From positions 448,001 to 512,000 of the forward strand of contig CAWBZV010000005.1 of assembly GCA_963793305.1 (NCBI GenBank): 64,000 bases of DNA. Direction: 5' to 3'. Positions 39,270 to 49,112 of this stretch are shown here, in pieces. The notes under the pieces are model-generated. The model saw only the letters and a program-made list of their open reading frames with translations, did no database searches and was not told where the DNA came from. The position numbers were made by a program, and so were the translations under genes. Each line of letters starts with the position of its first letter. The first letter of the stretch is position 1. Source of the DNA: an uncultured Gemmatimonadales bacterium. Lineage in GTDB: Bacteria; Gemmatimonadota; Gemmatimonadetes; Gemmatimonadales; Gemmatimonadaceae.

Positions 39270-39289
39270 ATGTTGTGTCCATTCTAGAC
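39270..39289 (+). promoter_or_regulatory. Motif copy 16 (ATGTTG-TGTCCATT-CTAGAC)
   Basis: CAGAAT at 39307-39312; centre 41.5 bp from ATG 39321. Confidence 0.8.
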
Positions 39290-39320
39290 ATGATCCGCGC
39301 GTGATTCAGAATTCCGGCGC

Positions 39321-41375
39321 ATGACTGCCTCATCTTGGCGTTGGTTATCGATTGCCGTCCTCGCGATCCCCGGTGGCCAGGTGGAGTCGCAGACGACGGT
39401 TCCCACGGTGCTCAGGGTGATCGACCCGGCGTACATGGATACGACGGTTAACGCGTGCACGGACTTTTTCGCGTTCGCCAACGGGCATTGGCTCAAGACT
39501 GATACGATCCCGGCCATCTACGCAGCGGACGGTATCGGCAGGGACATGGTCGATCAGAATGAGCGCGTCACGCGCTCGCTGGTCGACGATGTGGTCGCGC
39601 ACCGCCAGGGCGCAGCCGAGGGGGGCACGGAGCGCAAGTTGGGCACCTTCGTCGCCTCGTGCATGGACTCCACGGCGGCGGAAACTCAGGGGCTGGCGCC
39701 GATTCAATCCTTCCTCGATCACGTGGCGGCGATCCGCTCGCGCGACGCGCTGGTGCCGGAGATCGCCGAGCTTCAGCTGCAGGGCGTGAACGCGTTGTTC
39801 TCGATCTCGCCGAACTCGGCGGTGCACGATGCGGGGCATTACCAGGAATGGTTCACCCAAGCGGGACTGGGCCTGCCGGACCGCGCCTACTATACGGACT
39901 CTGGGCACGCGGCGGATTCCGTCCGCGACGAGTACGTGGCGCACGTCGCGCGCTTGCTGGTGCTTGCCGGCGCGACGCGGGCCCAAGCGGATGATGACGC
40001 GAAGCGGGTCATGGCGCTCGAGACCGAGCTGGCGAAAGCGTCGACTACCGTCGAGGCATTGCGTGAGCCGCGGGAGACCGACCACCCGATGTCCCTCGCC
40101 GCGCTGGGCGCGCTGGCGCCGAACGTCTCGTGGCCGGTGTACTTTCGAGCGGTCGGACTGACGAAGCCACTCGGGCGTGTCAATGTCGCTGAGCCAGGGT
40201 TTTTCCGCAGGATGAGTACGTTGCTGGCGACAATACCGCTGGCAGACTGGCGGGCCTATCTCCGGTTTCACGTTCTCGCGAGTGCCGCGCCGTGGCTCAG
40301 CTCGAGCTTCGTGCAGGAAGATTTCGCGTATCAGCGCCTGTTCACCGGCGCGACCGAGATCTTTCCCCGTTGGAAGCGGTGCTTGAACGAGACTGATGCC
40401 GATGTCGGTGAAGCGCTGGGCCAGGCGTACGTCGCCAAGACGTTCCCGCCCGAGGCCAGGACGCGGGCACGACAGATCATCGATGACATTCGAGCCGCGT
40501 TCGGCCAGCGACTGGCGCATCTGACGTGGATGTCCGACGCGACGCGGACAGCGGCGCTCAACAAGCTGGCGCATATGCACGAGAAGATCGGCTACCCCGA
40601 CCACTGGCGCGACTACTCGCGGCTCCGGGTCGGCGATGGCGCATTCGTGTTGAACGTCTTCTCGGCGCGTCGGTTCGAGTGGGAACGCGTCAAGGACCGT
40701 CCGGGTACGCCAGTGGACACCACCGAATGGGTCCTGACCGCGCCGACCGTCGATGCGTACAACGACATCACGAAGAACGAGATGGCGTTCCCGGCCGGGG
40801 CGCTCGAGCCGCAAACCTTCAATGTCCACGCCGATGACGCGGCCAACTATGGGGCACTCGGCGCGAGCTGGGCCGGTCATGAGCTGACGCATGGCTTCGA
40901 TGATCAGGGGCGACATTACGACGAGCGGGGCAATTTGCGCGACTGGTGGGCGAGCGCGGATTCCGCCCGGTTCGTGCAGCAGGCTGATCTCCTCGTCCGG
41001 CAGTACGACGAGTTCATTCAGGTGGACACGCTGCATGTGAACGGGCGGCTGACGCTGGGTGAGAACCTCGCGGATTTCGGTGGGTTGCTGACCGGATATG
41101 ATGCGATGGAGCGGGCGCTCGAGCGGGATGGTCGACCGGGCCTCATCGACGGATATACGCCGGAGCAGCGCTTTTTCATTTCCTTCGCGCAGGGTTGGCG
41201 GGGACACGCACGACCGGCGTTGCTCCGTTCGACGCGGATGACCAACGTCCACTCACCGGACGAATGGCGCGTGATCGGTCCGATCTCCGATATGCCGCAG
41301 TTCGCGCAGGCGTTTCACTGCCATCCGGGAGATCCGATGGTTCGACCCGACAGTCTCGTGGCCAAAATCTGGTAG
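39321..41375 (+). CDS. M13-family metallopeptidase (neprilysin/PepO-like)
   Basis: CTDFFAFANGHW, KIGYPDHW, GHELTHGFDDQG, TLGENLADFGG. Confidence 0.92.
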   Translation: MTASSWRWLSIAVLAIPGGQVESQTTVPTVLRVIDPAYMDTTVNACTDFFAFANGHWLKTDTIPAIYAADGIGRDMVDQNERVTRSLVDDVVAHRQGAAEGGTERKLGTFVASCMDSTAAETQGLAPIQSFLDHVAAIRSRDALVPEIAELQLQGVNALFSISPNSAVHDAGHYQEWFTQAGLGLPDRAYYTDSGHAADSVRDEYVAHVARLLVLAGATRAQADDDAKRVMALETELAKASTTVEALREPRETDHPMSLAALGALAPNVSWPVYFRAVGLTKPLGRVNVAEPGFFRRMSTLLATIPLADWRAYLRFHVLASAAPWLSSSFVQEDFAYQRLFTGATEIFPRWKRCLNETDADVGEALGQAYVAKTFPPEARTRARQIIDDIRAAFGQRLAHLTWMSDATRTAALNKLAHMHEKIGYPDHWRDYSRLRVGDGAFVLNVFSARRFEWERVKDRPGTPVDTTEWVLTAPTVDAYNDITKNEMAFPAGALEPQTFNVHADDAANYGALGASWAGHELTHGFDDQGRHYDERGNLRDWWASADSARFVQQADLLVRQYDEFIQVDTLHVNGRLTLGENLADFGGLLTGYDAMERALERDGRPGLIDGYTPEQRFFISFAQGWRGHARPALLRSTRMTNVHSPDEWRVIGPISDMPQFAQAFHCHPGDPMVRPDSLVAKIW

Positions 41376-41397
41376 GGCGGCCCCTTGGGCGGCGGCA

Positions 41398-41906
41398 TGA
41401 TAGTTGAGAGTCTCGTCAGGCATCTCCGTATCACCGCCCGCGGTCTCCGCCGGACGCCCGGCGCCACGCTTGTTGCCGCCTTGACCATGGCGCTGGGGAT
41501 CGGCGCTACGGCGGCTGTGTTCAGCCTGGTCGATGCGGCTTTCCTGCACGAGCTGCCCTACGCCGGCGCCAACCGCCTCGTCACGTTGTCGACGACTCGC
41601 AAAGGTGAAGACCTGTCGAATTCCTATCCCAACTTTCTGGACTGGCGCGAGCGCAACCACACGTTCATGTCCATCGCCGCTTTCGCCGGCACGAGCGTCG
41701 CGCTTGCGAGCGGGAACGGCAATGCGGAGCTGATTCGAGCACAGATCATCACACCGGATCTCTTCCGTACGCTCGGAGTACCGGTCGCGCGCGGGCGTGA
41801 CTTTGTTGACGCGGAAGGCCAGTGGGGAGCGCCGCACGTCGCGATCGTGGGTGATGGCCTTTGGAAGCGCCGGTTCGGCGGCGATCCCGCGATCGTCGGC
41901 CGGACC
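41398..41906 (+). pseudogene. N-terminal fragment of an ADOP/MacB-type permease
   Basis: HLRITARGLRRTPG..LALGIGATAAVFS..SYPNFLDWR..RFGGDPAIVGRT, then homology stops abruptly. Confidence 0.75.
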
Positions 41907-42413
41907 ACGGCGCGAGTTCGCCACTGCGGGCGGCACGGTTGAGGGGCACCTCCCGCAGATGTACAGCCTGTACGAGCTCTACTTCGCCGCGGCATTGCAG
42001 CGCGCGGCGCTGTCGAAGCGACCGACGGGCGACACGGTGCAAATGCGGCAGTTTTACATCGACCGGGAGTTCGACCAGTTCCCGCTGGGTCATGGCGTGG
42101 TGCGACCGCTGCCGGGCGGTCGGGCGGAGATCGTGCACGACTGGCTGGCCGGGGTCGGAGTGGCGACGTTGGACTCCGCCAACCACCTGCTCAGCTACTC
42201 GGGCGCCCGGACGACGTATAAGGTGGACGTGAGTCGACTCGCGACGCCTCCCAACGTCCAGGCGGCCGCCGCGCGGCTCGAGGCCGCCGAGGCGAAGAGC
42301 GGCGTGACGGAGCTGAGCGTTCGGGATACCGCGCGCGCGAGCATCGGTCACGCGACCTTCACCATCGACTATGGGCGGCCACTCGTCCGCGGGCGCGTCC
42401 TGCTCGGAAACAT
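41907..42413 (+). pseudogene. Internal fragment of a DUF2911-domain protein
   Basis: Ends LSVRDTARASIG..IDYGRPLVRGRVLLG (start of DUF2911); lacks both ends; boundaries approximate. Confidence 0.55.
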
Positions 42414-43527
42414 GCGCGACTGACGCGCCGGTGATGCGAGTGAGGTCCGGGCTCAGGTCGAACCGCGTGACTCGCTCGGGTGTGGTGCCGTTCTGGATGG
42501 CGTAGAGGGCGTGGCCCACGAGGTACATGCCGTCGATTCCGTTGACCGCGACGGTATCCGGATGGGGGAGCCAGGTCACGGCGTGGGTCAATGGGTCGAC
42601 GGCCGCTATGCCCATCGCGTAGTCGGCGACGAGGATACGACCGTCGGGGGTGACGGCTGGTGTCTGGGGTGAGCGAAAGGTCCCCGGGTGGACCACCGTC
42701 TCGATCGTCCCGCGCCGGCGATCGACGCGATAGAGGCCGCCGCCCGTGCCATCGGACACGATCGGGTTGCCGTGGGCGTCGAGCGTCATGTCTCCCAGGA
42801 CGTGGCCGGCGTTGTCCAGTGGCAGCGGGTAGCGGCCGGTGACGCGGTGCGTGGCCAGATCGTATCGGAGGACGCCACTTCGACTCGAGTCGGCCGCGCG
42901 CCAGTGCCCGGCTTGTGGCATCGAGGCGGTCGTTGCCCAGAGCGTCTGGCGCTCGGGGTCGACGACGAGCGCGACCGGTGTGAGCAGCGTGTCATCCGAG
43001 ACGGCGAATGTCGTCGTGGTTCCCGATGCGGTAATCGCGATGATCCGCTGCGCGTGGATGCAGCTGATGTAGAACGTGCGCGTGGCGGGGTCGTAGGCCA
43101 CGTCTTCGGTCAGGAGGTCAGGATCCGACATCGCGGTCACGGGCGTGGCATGGCTAATGGGTGACCGGTTCGCTGCCATCGCCGCGAGCACTGCCTTGAA
43201 ATCGTCGCGCTCGTGTAATGCCGCGAACGTCGTATCGCGATCGGCGGGGTACGCGAGGCCCATCGCCGCGATCGTCCGCAGGTAGGCGACCGCGGTATCT
43301 GGTTGGCCTCGTCGCACGGCGTTCCGGGCGAGCAGATAGAAGACGTCGGGGTGGCCGTGCATGAGCGTGAGTGCCCGTTGCAGGTGTAGCACGGCGGACA
43401 TCGGATCACTGGCGCGGGCGGCGGCGAGGTGTTGGCGATAGGTCGAGTCTTGCTGCGCGCTGGCGGATGATGATGGCGTGGCCAGCGCGAGTACGGCTGC
43501 CACGGTCAGCGTGTCGCGGCCGATCAT
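42414..43527 (-). pseudogene. TPR + SMP-30/gluconolactonase-like beta-propeller, C-terminally truncated
   Basis: Signal peptide; EDVAYDP, LGDMTLD, SPQTPA, GIDGMYL..AIQNG..RVTRFDL; then reads into the antisense of the neighbouring fragment. Confidence 0.6.
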
Positions 43528-44846
43528 TGACTTCCGATCATCTGCAGCCGCCGGCCATCCGGTTGAATGACCTCGAGCTCGGTTGGGCGATCTGCGCGGT
43601 GGTGAAAGACGAACCGCATTGCGCCGCTGGCGAACACGGAGTCGGACAACGTGACGAGCGGTACCATCATCGTGTGACGGTTGTTGTACTGCAACTGTGC
43701 GCCGCGCAGTGCGATCGCCATCTGATCGTAGCGGCCGGTGTCCGCCATGAGCGCCGAGCGTGGCAGGGCGCGCGGGTGTTGCTCGGCGTCGAGCGCTTCG
43801 GCTACGCGTGTGAGCGTGGCGAGCTGGACGCCGGTCGCGTGCTTGGCGAGCGATTGAACAGCTAAGGCGTGCGCCGTGGCCAGCGCCTGCTCGGGGTCGA
43901 CCTCGATGTCCGGCTGCACCCCGATGTGTTCCCACTGACGTCCAGTCCGCGGATCCATGACCTTGCTGTACGAGATTGACGTGGCGAACCCATGTCCGGA
44001 GTCGACGATCTCGTTGTTGTGGCCGGCGCCGACCGTGCGTATTCCGACGAGCGTGGCGCGGCCGAGGTTGTGGAGGACGAACGCGAAGTCTTCCGCCGCC
44101 GACGCGGTACCGTGGCTCGTGAGTACGTAGAGCGGAACGTCCAGGCGCCGAGGCCCGGGGACGGTCGCGAGTGTGTAGCGGTCGAGCGTGTCGTGGGAGG
44201 AGCGGTCGACCAGGCGCAGTGACAGGATCGCGTCCGGCCCGACGAAGTGGCTGATGAGAAAGTTCGACAGGTCGCCATCGCCGCCGCCGTTTCGGCGCAG
44301 GTCGATGATGATCGCGTCGGTCGATTCGAGGTAGCGCAGGGCGGCGACCAGGGCATCGCGCGCCAGCGCGAGGCGCGCGAATCCGCGCATCTCCAGGTAG
44401 CCGACGTTGCCATCCAGGATATCGATCCGGCCCAGTTGATGGTGCGCCGCGCGATCGGCGGCGATCTCTCCCGGGGTCGGCGGTGGGTCGTCGCCACGGA
44501 TCGACACGCCTTCCGGGCCGACGTGGGCGCCCGGTGCGTCAGGGGTGAACTGGACGTACAAGTGCTGATCGTCATTCACGGCATGGAGGTCGATCGAGAG
44601 GTGTCGAGCGAAGGCGACGGGGTCGCGGTCGGCATCGTATGCGCCGGCGGCCATCCGTTGGCGCAGATGCGCCGCGATCATTCGTCCGGTGTCCGCGTCT
44701 TGATAGACGCGTTCGAGCTGGGCGGCGATCGTGTCGACCACGTCGCGGCGGGTGTGTTGGTCGAGTGGAGATTGCGCCCGCGCCGGTGTCCAGGTGACTA
44801 GCGGCAGCATCAAGAGCATCGTGGCGATCGTGTGGCTCATGCGCAT
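43524..44846 (-). CDS. S41-family peptidase
   Basis: GNVGYL, IIDLRRNGGG, TASAAEDFA, WEHIGVQPDI. Confidence 0.9.
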   Translation of the reverse strand: MRMSHTIATMLLMLPLVTWTPARAQSPLDQHTRRDVVDTIAAQLERVYQDADTGRMIAAHLRQRMAAGAYDADRDPVAFARHLSIDLHAVNDDQHLYVQFTPDAPGAHVGPEGVSIRGDDPPPTPGEIAADRAAHHQLGRIDILDGNVGYLEMRGFARLALARDALVAALRYLESTDAIIIDLRRNGGGDGDLSNFLISHFVGPDAILSLRLVDRSSHDTLDRYTLATVPGPRRLDVPLYVLTSHGTASAAEDFAFVLHNLGRATLVGIRTVGAGHNNEIVDSGHGFATSISYSKVMDPRTGRQWEHIGVQPDIEVDPEQALATAHALAVQSLAKHATGVQLATLTRVAEALDAEQHPRALPRSALMADTGRYDQMAIALRGAQLQYNNRHTMMVPLVTLSDSVFASGAMRFVFHHRADRPTELEVIQPDGRRLQMIGSQ

Positions 44847-44876
44847 CGTGCATCGTATCGCGACGCGTCACGGCTC

Positions 44877-44896
44877 GTCTTGCACGATTTCAACAT
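44877..44896 (-). promoter_or_regulatory. Motif copy 17 (ATGTTG-AAATCGTG-CAAGAC)
   Basis: TACGAT at 44857-44852; centre 40.5 bp from ATG 44846. Confidence 0.85.
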
Positions 44897-45019
44897 TGAT
44901 GATGGACGTGATCGCAGTGACGCGCGCGTTAACAGCGTGGGAGTTGACGTGCGTGCATCACGACGCCATCCTCGCAGTGTGACGAACATGAGCCGGACAC
45001 CTCGCGTCCGTCGTGCGAC

Positions 45020-45739
45020 ATGAGCGCCGAGGTATTGCACGCACTCGTCGTCGGTGGGAAGCCAGCGCTGCGCCAGGTCGTCAAGGACCATCTGGCTTAC
45101 CATCCCGACATCCGCGTCGTCGGCGAATGTCACACCGCGACGTTGGCGCAGGCGGCGGTGCGGGAGCTGCGTCCCGAGTTGTTGTTGCTCGACCTGCAGC
45201 TGTCGGGGGCTGACGCGCTCGCGTCGGCCGATGGGATTGGCGCGCGGGCGCTGCCAGTCATCATCACGACCAGTTATCCGATGGCGGCGCTGCGGGGGTA
45301 TGACGGCGGACGGGTGTCGTACCGGATCCGACCCATGAACGACGAGGGGCTGCGCGCACTCTTGGGCGACGCGCGGGTGTTGATCCGCGGGCGACTCGCG
45401 ACGCCGTACGCGAGCAGCGTCACGGTGCGTGTGAGCCATGGCGTGATGGTCGTCAATGCAGCGGACATCCACTGGATCGAGGGCGACGATGGCCAGGTCC
45501 AACTGCACGCGAACGGGGGACCGCAGTCGGTGTACGAGACCTTACGCGACCTGGAGCGCCTGCTCGATCCGCGGCGGTTCGTCCGCGTCCATCGTTCGGC
45601 GATCGTGAATATGGATCGGGTGTCGGCGGTGCAGCCGCATCGCAAGGGGCGGTGCGTGCTGGTGCTGGATAACGGAGCGCGCATCATCACGAGTGTGGCG
45701 CGTTCATCGATCGCGGACGCGTTGCGCCGGGCATTCTGA
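45020..45739 (+). CDS. LytTR-family response regulator
   Basis: ELLLLDLQL receiver; IHWIEG..LHA..ETLRDLERLLDPRRFVRVHRSAIVN; TTGACG..CATCCT promoter upstream. Confidence 0.85.
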   Translation: MSAEVLHALVVGGKPALRQVVKDHLAYHPDIRVVGECHTATLAQAAVRELRPELLLLDLQLSGADALASADGIGARALPVIITTSYPMAALRGYDGGRVSYRIRPMNDEGLRALLGDARVLIRGRLATPYASSVTVRVSHGVMVVNAADIHWIEGDDGQVQLHANGGPQSVYETLRDLERLLDPRRFVRVHRSAIVNMDRVSAVQPHRKGRCVLVLDNGARIITSVARSSIADALRRAF

Positions 45740-45923
45740 CAACGCCGGGAGCGGACGCGTTGATACGGGGCGCCGCTTCGGGTTCGTAGTCGCTCTGGTG
45801 CGGGGCGCCATCTCCCCGGCAAGGGGAATCGCGAACAGTGGGTGCGTATTCGCCCCGTACGTACGGTGCTGGGTCCGCGCGTCTTATAGGGATGCGGGAC
45901 AACTGGTGCTTGCCATCGCTGTC

Positions 45924-46235
45924 ATGCGACTCGTCGGGTCCGCCGATGCGGTCTGTGCTGCCGACGGCGTTTCCCGCTCGACTGTGGATCCATTAACCCG
46001 CGCGTTGGGGCGCATCGTCGCGCGTCACCGGCGGGCGCGGGGGTATTCCTGGCGACGCCTTGGCGAATCGTCCGGGGTGAGCGGGAATACCGTGCGCAAT
46101 TTGGAGCGCGGCGAGCGTAGCAGCCGAGTGAACGTTGTGGCGGCGATCGCGCAAGGGCTGGGGATGCCGGTCTCGCGACTGTTGCGGGAGGCGGAAAGAC
46201 TGGCGGCAGCGGCGCGGCGTCGGGCGGGGCACTGA
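45924..46235 (+). CDS. XRE-family helix-turn-helix protein
   Basis: LGRIVARHRRARGYSWRRLGESSGVSGNTVRNLERG..IAQGLG; start uncertain. Confidence 0.75.
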   Translation: MRLVGSADAVCAADGVSRSTVDPLTRALGRIVARHRRARGYSWRRLGESSGVSGNTVRNLERGERSSRVNVVAAIAQGLGMPVSRLLREAERLAAAARRRAGH

Positions 46236-46318
46236 CGAGGACGTGGATGGCGCGACGTGGGCGCCAATGAGGCGACGAGCGCGAGCAACCTACATCTATA
46301 GTAGTGCGCCGCAGGGCT

Positions 46319-46338
46319 GGATTGAACGAACGCAACAT
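46319..46338 (-). promoter_or_regulatory. Motif copy 18, lacks GAC arm (ATGTTG-CGTTCGTT-CAATCC)
   Basis: No minus-strand gene downstream; lies upstream of canonical promoter TTGACA 46374-46379 / CATGAT 46397-46402. Confidence 0.65.
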
Positions 46339-46411
46339 GCCCTTGCCCATGATGTCACACCGCCGCTCCTGCGTTGACAGTGCGGGCACGGCCGTGCATG
46401 ATGGCGCGACC

Positions 46412-47425
46412 ATGACATCACTTCTGAACGTGCTATTGGCGTTGACGCTCCACGGGACCGTCGTCGTCGCCAACATGAACGACAACACGGCGTCGGTTAT
46501 CGATCTGGCGAGTGGCCGGACCATGGCCACGCTGAGGACGGGTGACGGACCGCATGAAGTCGCGATCTCGCGGAATGGCCGTTGGGCCGTCGTCTCCAAT
46601 TACGGACCCGGGAAAGTGCCTGGTCATTCGCTGACGGTCATCGACTTGTCGGTGCGGGTTCCGGTGGTGGTGCGCACCATCGAGCTCGGCGCGGCCAACG
46701 CGCATCCGCACGGCTCGGCGTTCCTGCCGGGGGATTCGACGATGCTCGTGACGGTGGAGAAGAGCCAAGCCGTCTTGGTCGTGAATATTCTGCGTGGTGT
46801 GGTGGAGGCGTCGATTCCGACGCACGGCCGCTTCACGCACATGATCGCGCTCACGGCCGCGGCGGACCGCGCGTACACGAGCAATGTCGGCGACGGCACC
46901 ATATCGGAGCTCGACATCACGCGGCGCGCGTTCGTGCGCACGATTGCGGTCGCGCCGGTGGTGGAAGGCATCGGGGTAAGCCCCGACGGGTCTCAGGTAT
47001 GGGTGGGGAGCGACAGCCTCAAGACGGTGAGCATCGTGCCGACGGGGTCGGGGACCGTGGCGCATGTCATCAGGGGCTTCGGCTTTCCGTACCGGATGGC
47101 GATCACGGCCGACAATCGGACGGCCATCGTGACGGATCCGGCTCACGGCGAGCTCCGGTTCTTGGATGTGGCGACTCGGGTGGAGATCGGGCGTACGTTC
47201 TTTCCTGGCGGTACGGTGGTCTCGACGTCGGAGTTCCCGAACTCGCCGAGTCCGGAGGGGATCAGTTTGGCGCCGGATGGGAAGACGGTGTACGTGACGT
47301 TGCAGGGGAAGAATGCGGTGGTCGCGGTCGATGTCGCGACGCGGACGGTGCTCCTGACGCTGCCGACCGGCGTGTGGCCCGACGGCCTCGCGTACACGCC
47401 GGTGGAGCACGTACTTAACCGGTAA
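46412..47425 (+). CDS. YncE/YVTN-family beta-propeller protein
   Basis: Repeats GDGPHEVAIS, PHGSAF, VEGIGVSPDG, PEGISLAPDG, GVWPDGLAY. Confidence 0.85.
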   Translation: MTSLLNVLLALTLHGTVVVANMNDNTASVIDLASGRTMATLRTGDGPHEVAISRNGRWAVVSNYGPGKVPGHSLTVIDLSVRVPVVVRTIELGAANAHPHGSAFLPGDSTMLVTVEKSQAVLVVNILRGVVEASIPTHGRFTHMIALTAAADRAYTSNVGDGTISELDITRRAFVRTIAVAPVVEGIGVSPDGSQVWVGSDSLKTVSIVPTGSGTVAHVIRGFGFPYRMAITADNRTAIVTDPAHGELRFLDVATRVEIGRTFFPGGTVVSTSEFPNSPSPEGISLAPDGKTVYVTLQGKNAVVAVDVATRTVLLTLPTGVWPDGLAYTPVEHVLNR

Positions 47426-47554
47426 TCCGCGGTGCGGCCCACGAGGGACATCATCCGCCGAAATCGCTCACTCGACGCTATTGGTCATGACGCGCCAGGA
47501 TTTCCATTGCTCTCCTGCTCTTCGGAGCACTTCGAGCACTCGGCACCGCGTCGC

Positions 47555-47574
47555 GTCTTGGATGGACGCAACGC
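47555..47574 (-). promoter_or_regulatory. Motif copy 19 (GCGTTG-CGTCCATC-CAAGAC)
   Basis: Points to AGGAG + ATG 47507 (9-codon ORF) between convergent genes. Confidence 0.65.
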
Positions 47575-47604
47575 GGCTTGCCAGGGATTTGTGATGTTTT
47601 CTCC

Positions 47605-49065
47605 TCAGGTCATCTGCTTGGCTTTAGCCCTCACCAGCATGTACGGGACGTTGGGCAGGATATCCATGTCGGCGCATCGGGCGGCGAACGTCTTCGCGTT
47701 CGCGGCGTCGCCCTTGCCCTTGTAGGCCAGCGCCATCTCATAGAACACCTCCGGATTCTGCTGGTTCGCCTTCGCGAGCTCGGCCAAGACCGTGTCGAAT
47801 TGCTTGTCGGCCAGCGCGACCAGGCCATTCAGCTCGTGCGCTTGTGCGATCAGAAAGGCATTGTGTAAGGCCTCCGTGCCGCTCATATACATGGCGGCCT
47901 CGGTGTGCGCGGTCGCCCGATCGTTCGCCGCGAGCGCGACGCGGGCGCGATTGAAGTGGTCGTTGAGCTTCGCCAGATCCTTGGCGGCGGCCGACGCGGT
48001 CGACGAGTTGACCACGAGCGCGAGCGCGTGAGCCCACCTCCGGGCGGCGTCCGGAGCGCGTCCGGAGCCCAGGAGGATGAGGCCGGTTGTTTGCTCGTCG
48101 ACCGACATGTTGCCGGAATCGCCATTCGCGCGATCGAGGACGAGCTCGGAGTCGGCGCGTTGGACCGCCTGATCGATCTCGTGCGCGTCAATGTGCACCA
48201 CCGCCTCATTGAACAGCGCCAAGCGCTGCTGGCCAATGTCGCGCGCGCCGGCGTAAACCTTCTGGGTCTCGGCGACCGCGGCGTCGTGCTCGCCCTTGTA
48301 GAGATGGTCGGCCGCGATCCCCACGTGCGAGCTCAAGAACGTTGGATCGAGCGCCAAAGCCTTCGTGTATTCGGCGATCGACTCGTCGAACCGCCCCATG
48401 CTCATCAGCAGCTCGCCATAGGAGTCGTGCGGGTTCGGGTCCTTCGGCACGAGTGCGACGTACTGCTGGAACGCGGATTCCGCCGCCGGCTTGTCGCCGA
48501 CCCCGCGATACGCGTACCCGAGCGTGTTGTACGCCGTCGTGAGGTTGGGGTTGATCGCCACGGCCTTCTTGAGCACCTCTATGGTCTTGTCGTTCAACTG
48601 CTGAGCGAAGTACGCATTGCCGAGTGTGTTCAGGGCGCGCTCGTCCTGCGGATAGCGCGCGACCAGGCTCTCGGCGTATACCTGCCCCGTGGTCGGATCG
48701 CCGTTGTTGAGCGCCAGCAGCGACAGGATCGTCAGGCGCTCTCCGTCGGAGGCCTTGTTCGCCAGTGCGACGGCTTTGCCCAAGTGATCGTTGAAATCCT
48801 TCGCCGTCGCCGACGACATCGCGAGGCCGTACTCGGCCATCGCGAAGCTCGGGTCTTTCGCCACGGCGTGTTCCCACGTCGCGTACGCGTCGTGGGCCTT
48901 GAGCTGCTCGAACAGATCCCGGCCTTGCAAGTACAGGGCTCGCGCGTCGGGCGATGTCGTCGTGATGGGTACTTTCCCTGATGCCGCGGTCGTCGTCGCG
49001 TCCGATGATTTGATGTTGCACCCGGTCGCGATCGCCAACAGCGTGAACGACACGAAGTAGCGCAT
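47605..49065 (-). CDS. TPR-repeat lipoprotein
   Basis: Lipobox ATGC; multiple TPRs (AYNTLGYAY, NPHDSYGELL); PITTTSPDARALYLQG. Confidence 0.82.
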   Translation of the reverse strand: MRYFVSFTLLAIATGCNIKSSDATTTAASGKVPITTTSPDARALYLQGRDLFEQLKAHDAYATWEHAVAKDPSFAMAEYGLAMSSATAKDFNDHLGKAVALANKASDGERLTILSLLALNNGDPTTGQVYAESLVARYPQDERALNTLGNAYFAQQLNDKTIEVLKKAVAINPNLTTAYNTLGYAYRGVGDKPAAESAFQQYVALVPKDPNPHDSYGELLMSMGRFDESIAEYTKALALDPTFLSSHVGIAADHLYKGEHDAAVAETQKVYAGARDIGQQRLALFNEAVVHIDAHEIDQAVQRADSELVLDRANGDSGNMSVDEQTTGLILLGSGRAPDAARRWAHALALVVNSSTASAAAKDLAKLNDHFNRARVALAANDRATAHTEAAMYMSGTEALHNAFLIAQAHELNGLVALADKQFDTVLAELAKANQQNPEVFYEMALAYKGKGDAANAKTFAARCADMDILPNVPYMLVRAKAKQMT

Positions 49066-49112
49066 GGTGAAGCTCCGTTGCAGGAGAGAAGGCAGCATGC
49101 CCGGTGAGCTCC

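Noticed and set aside
41749..43935. 728-aa ORF as one real protein
   Set aside because: Only 43527 to ~42414 looks protein-like; the ends are an alternative frame of the S41 gene and the antisense of neighbouring fragments.
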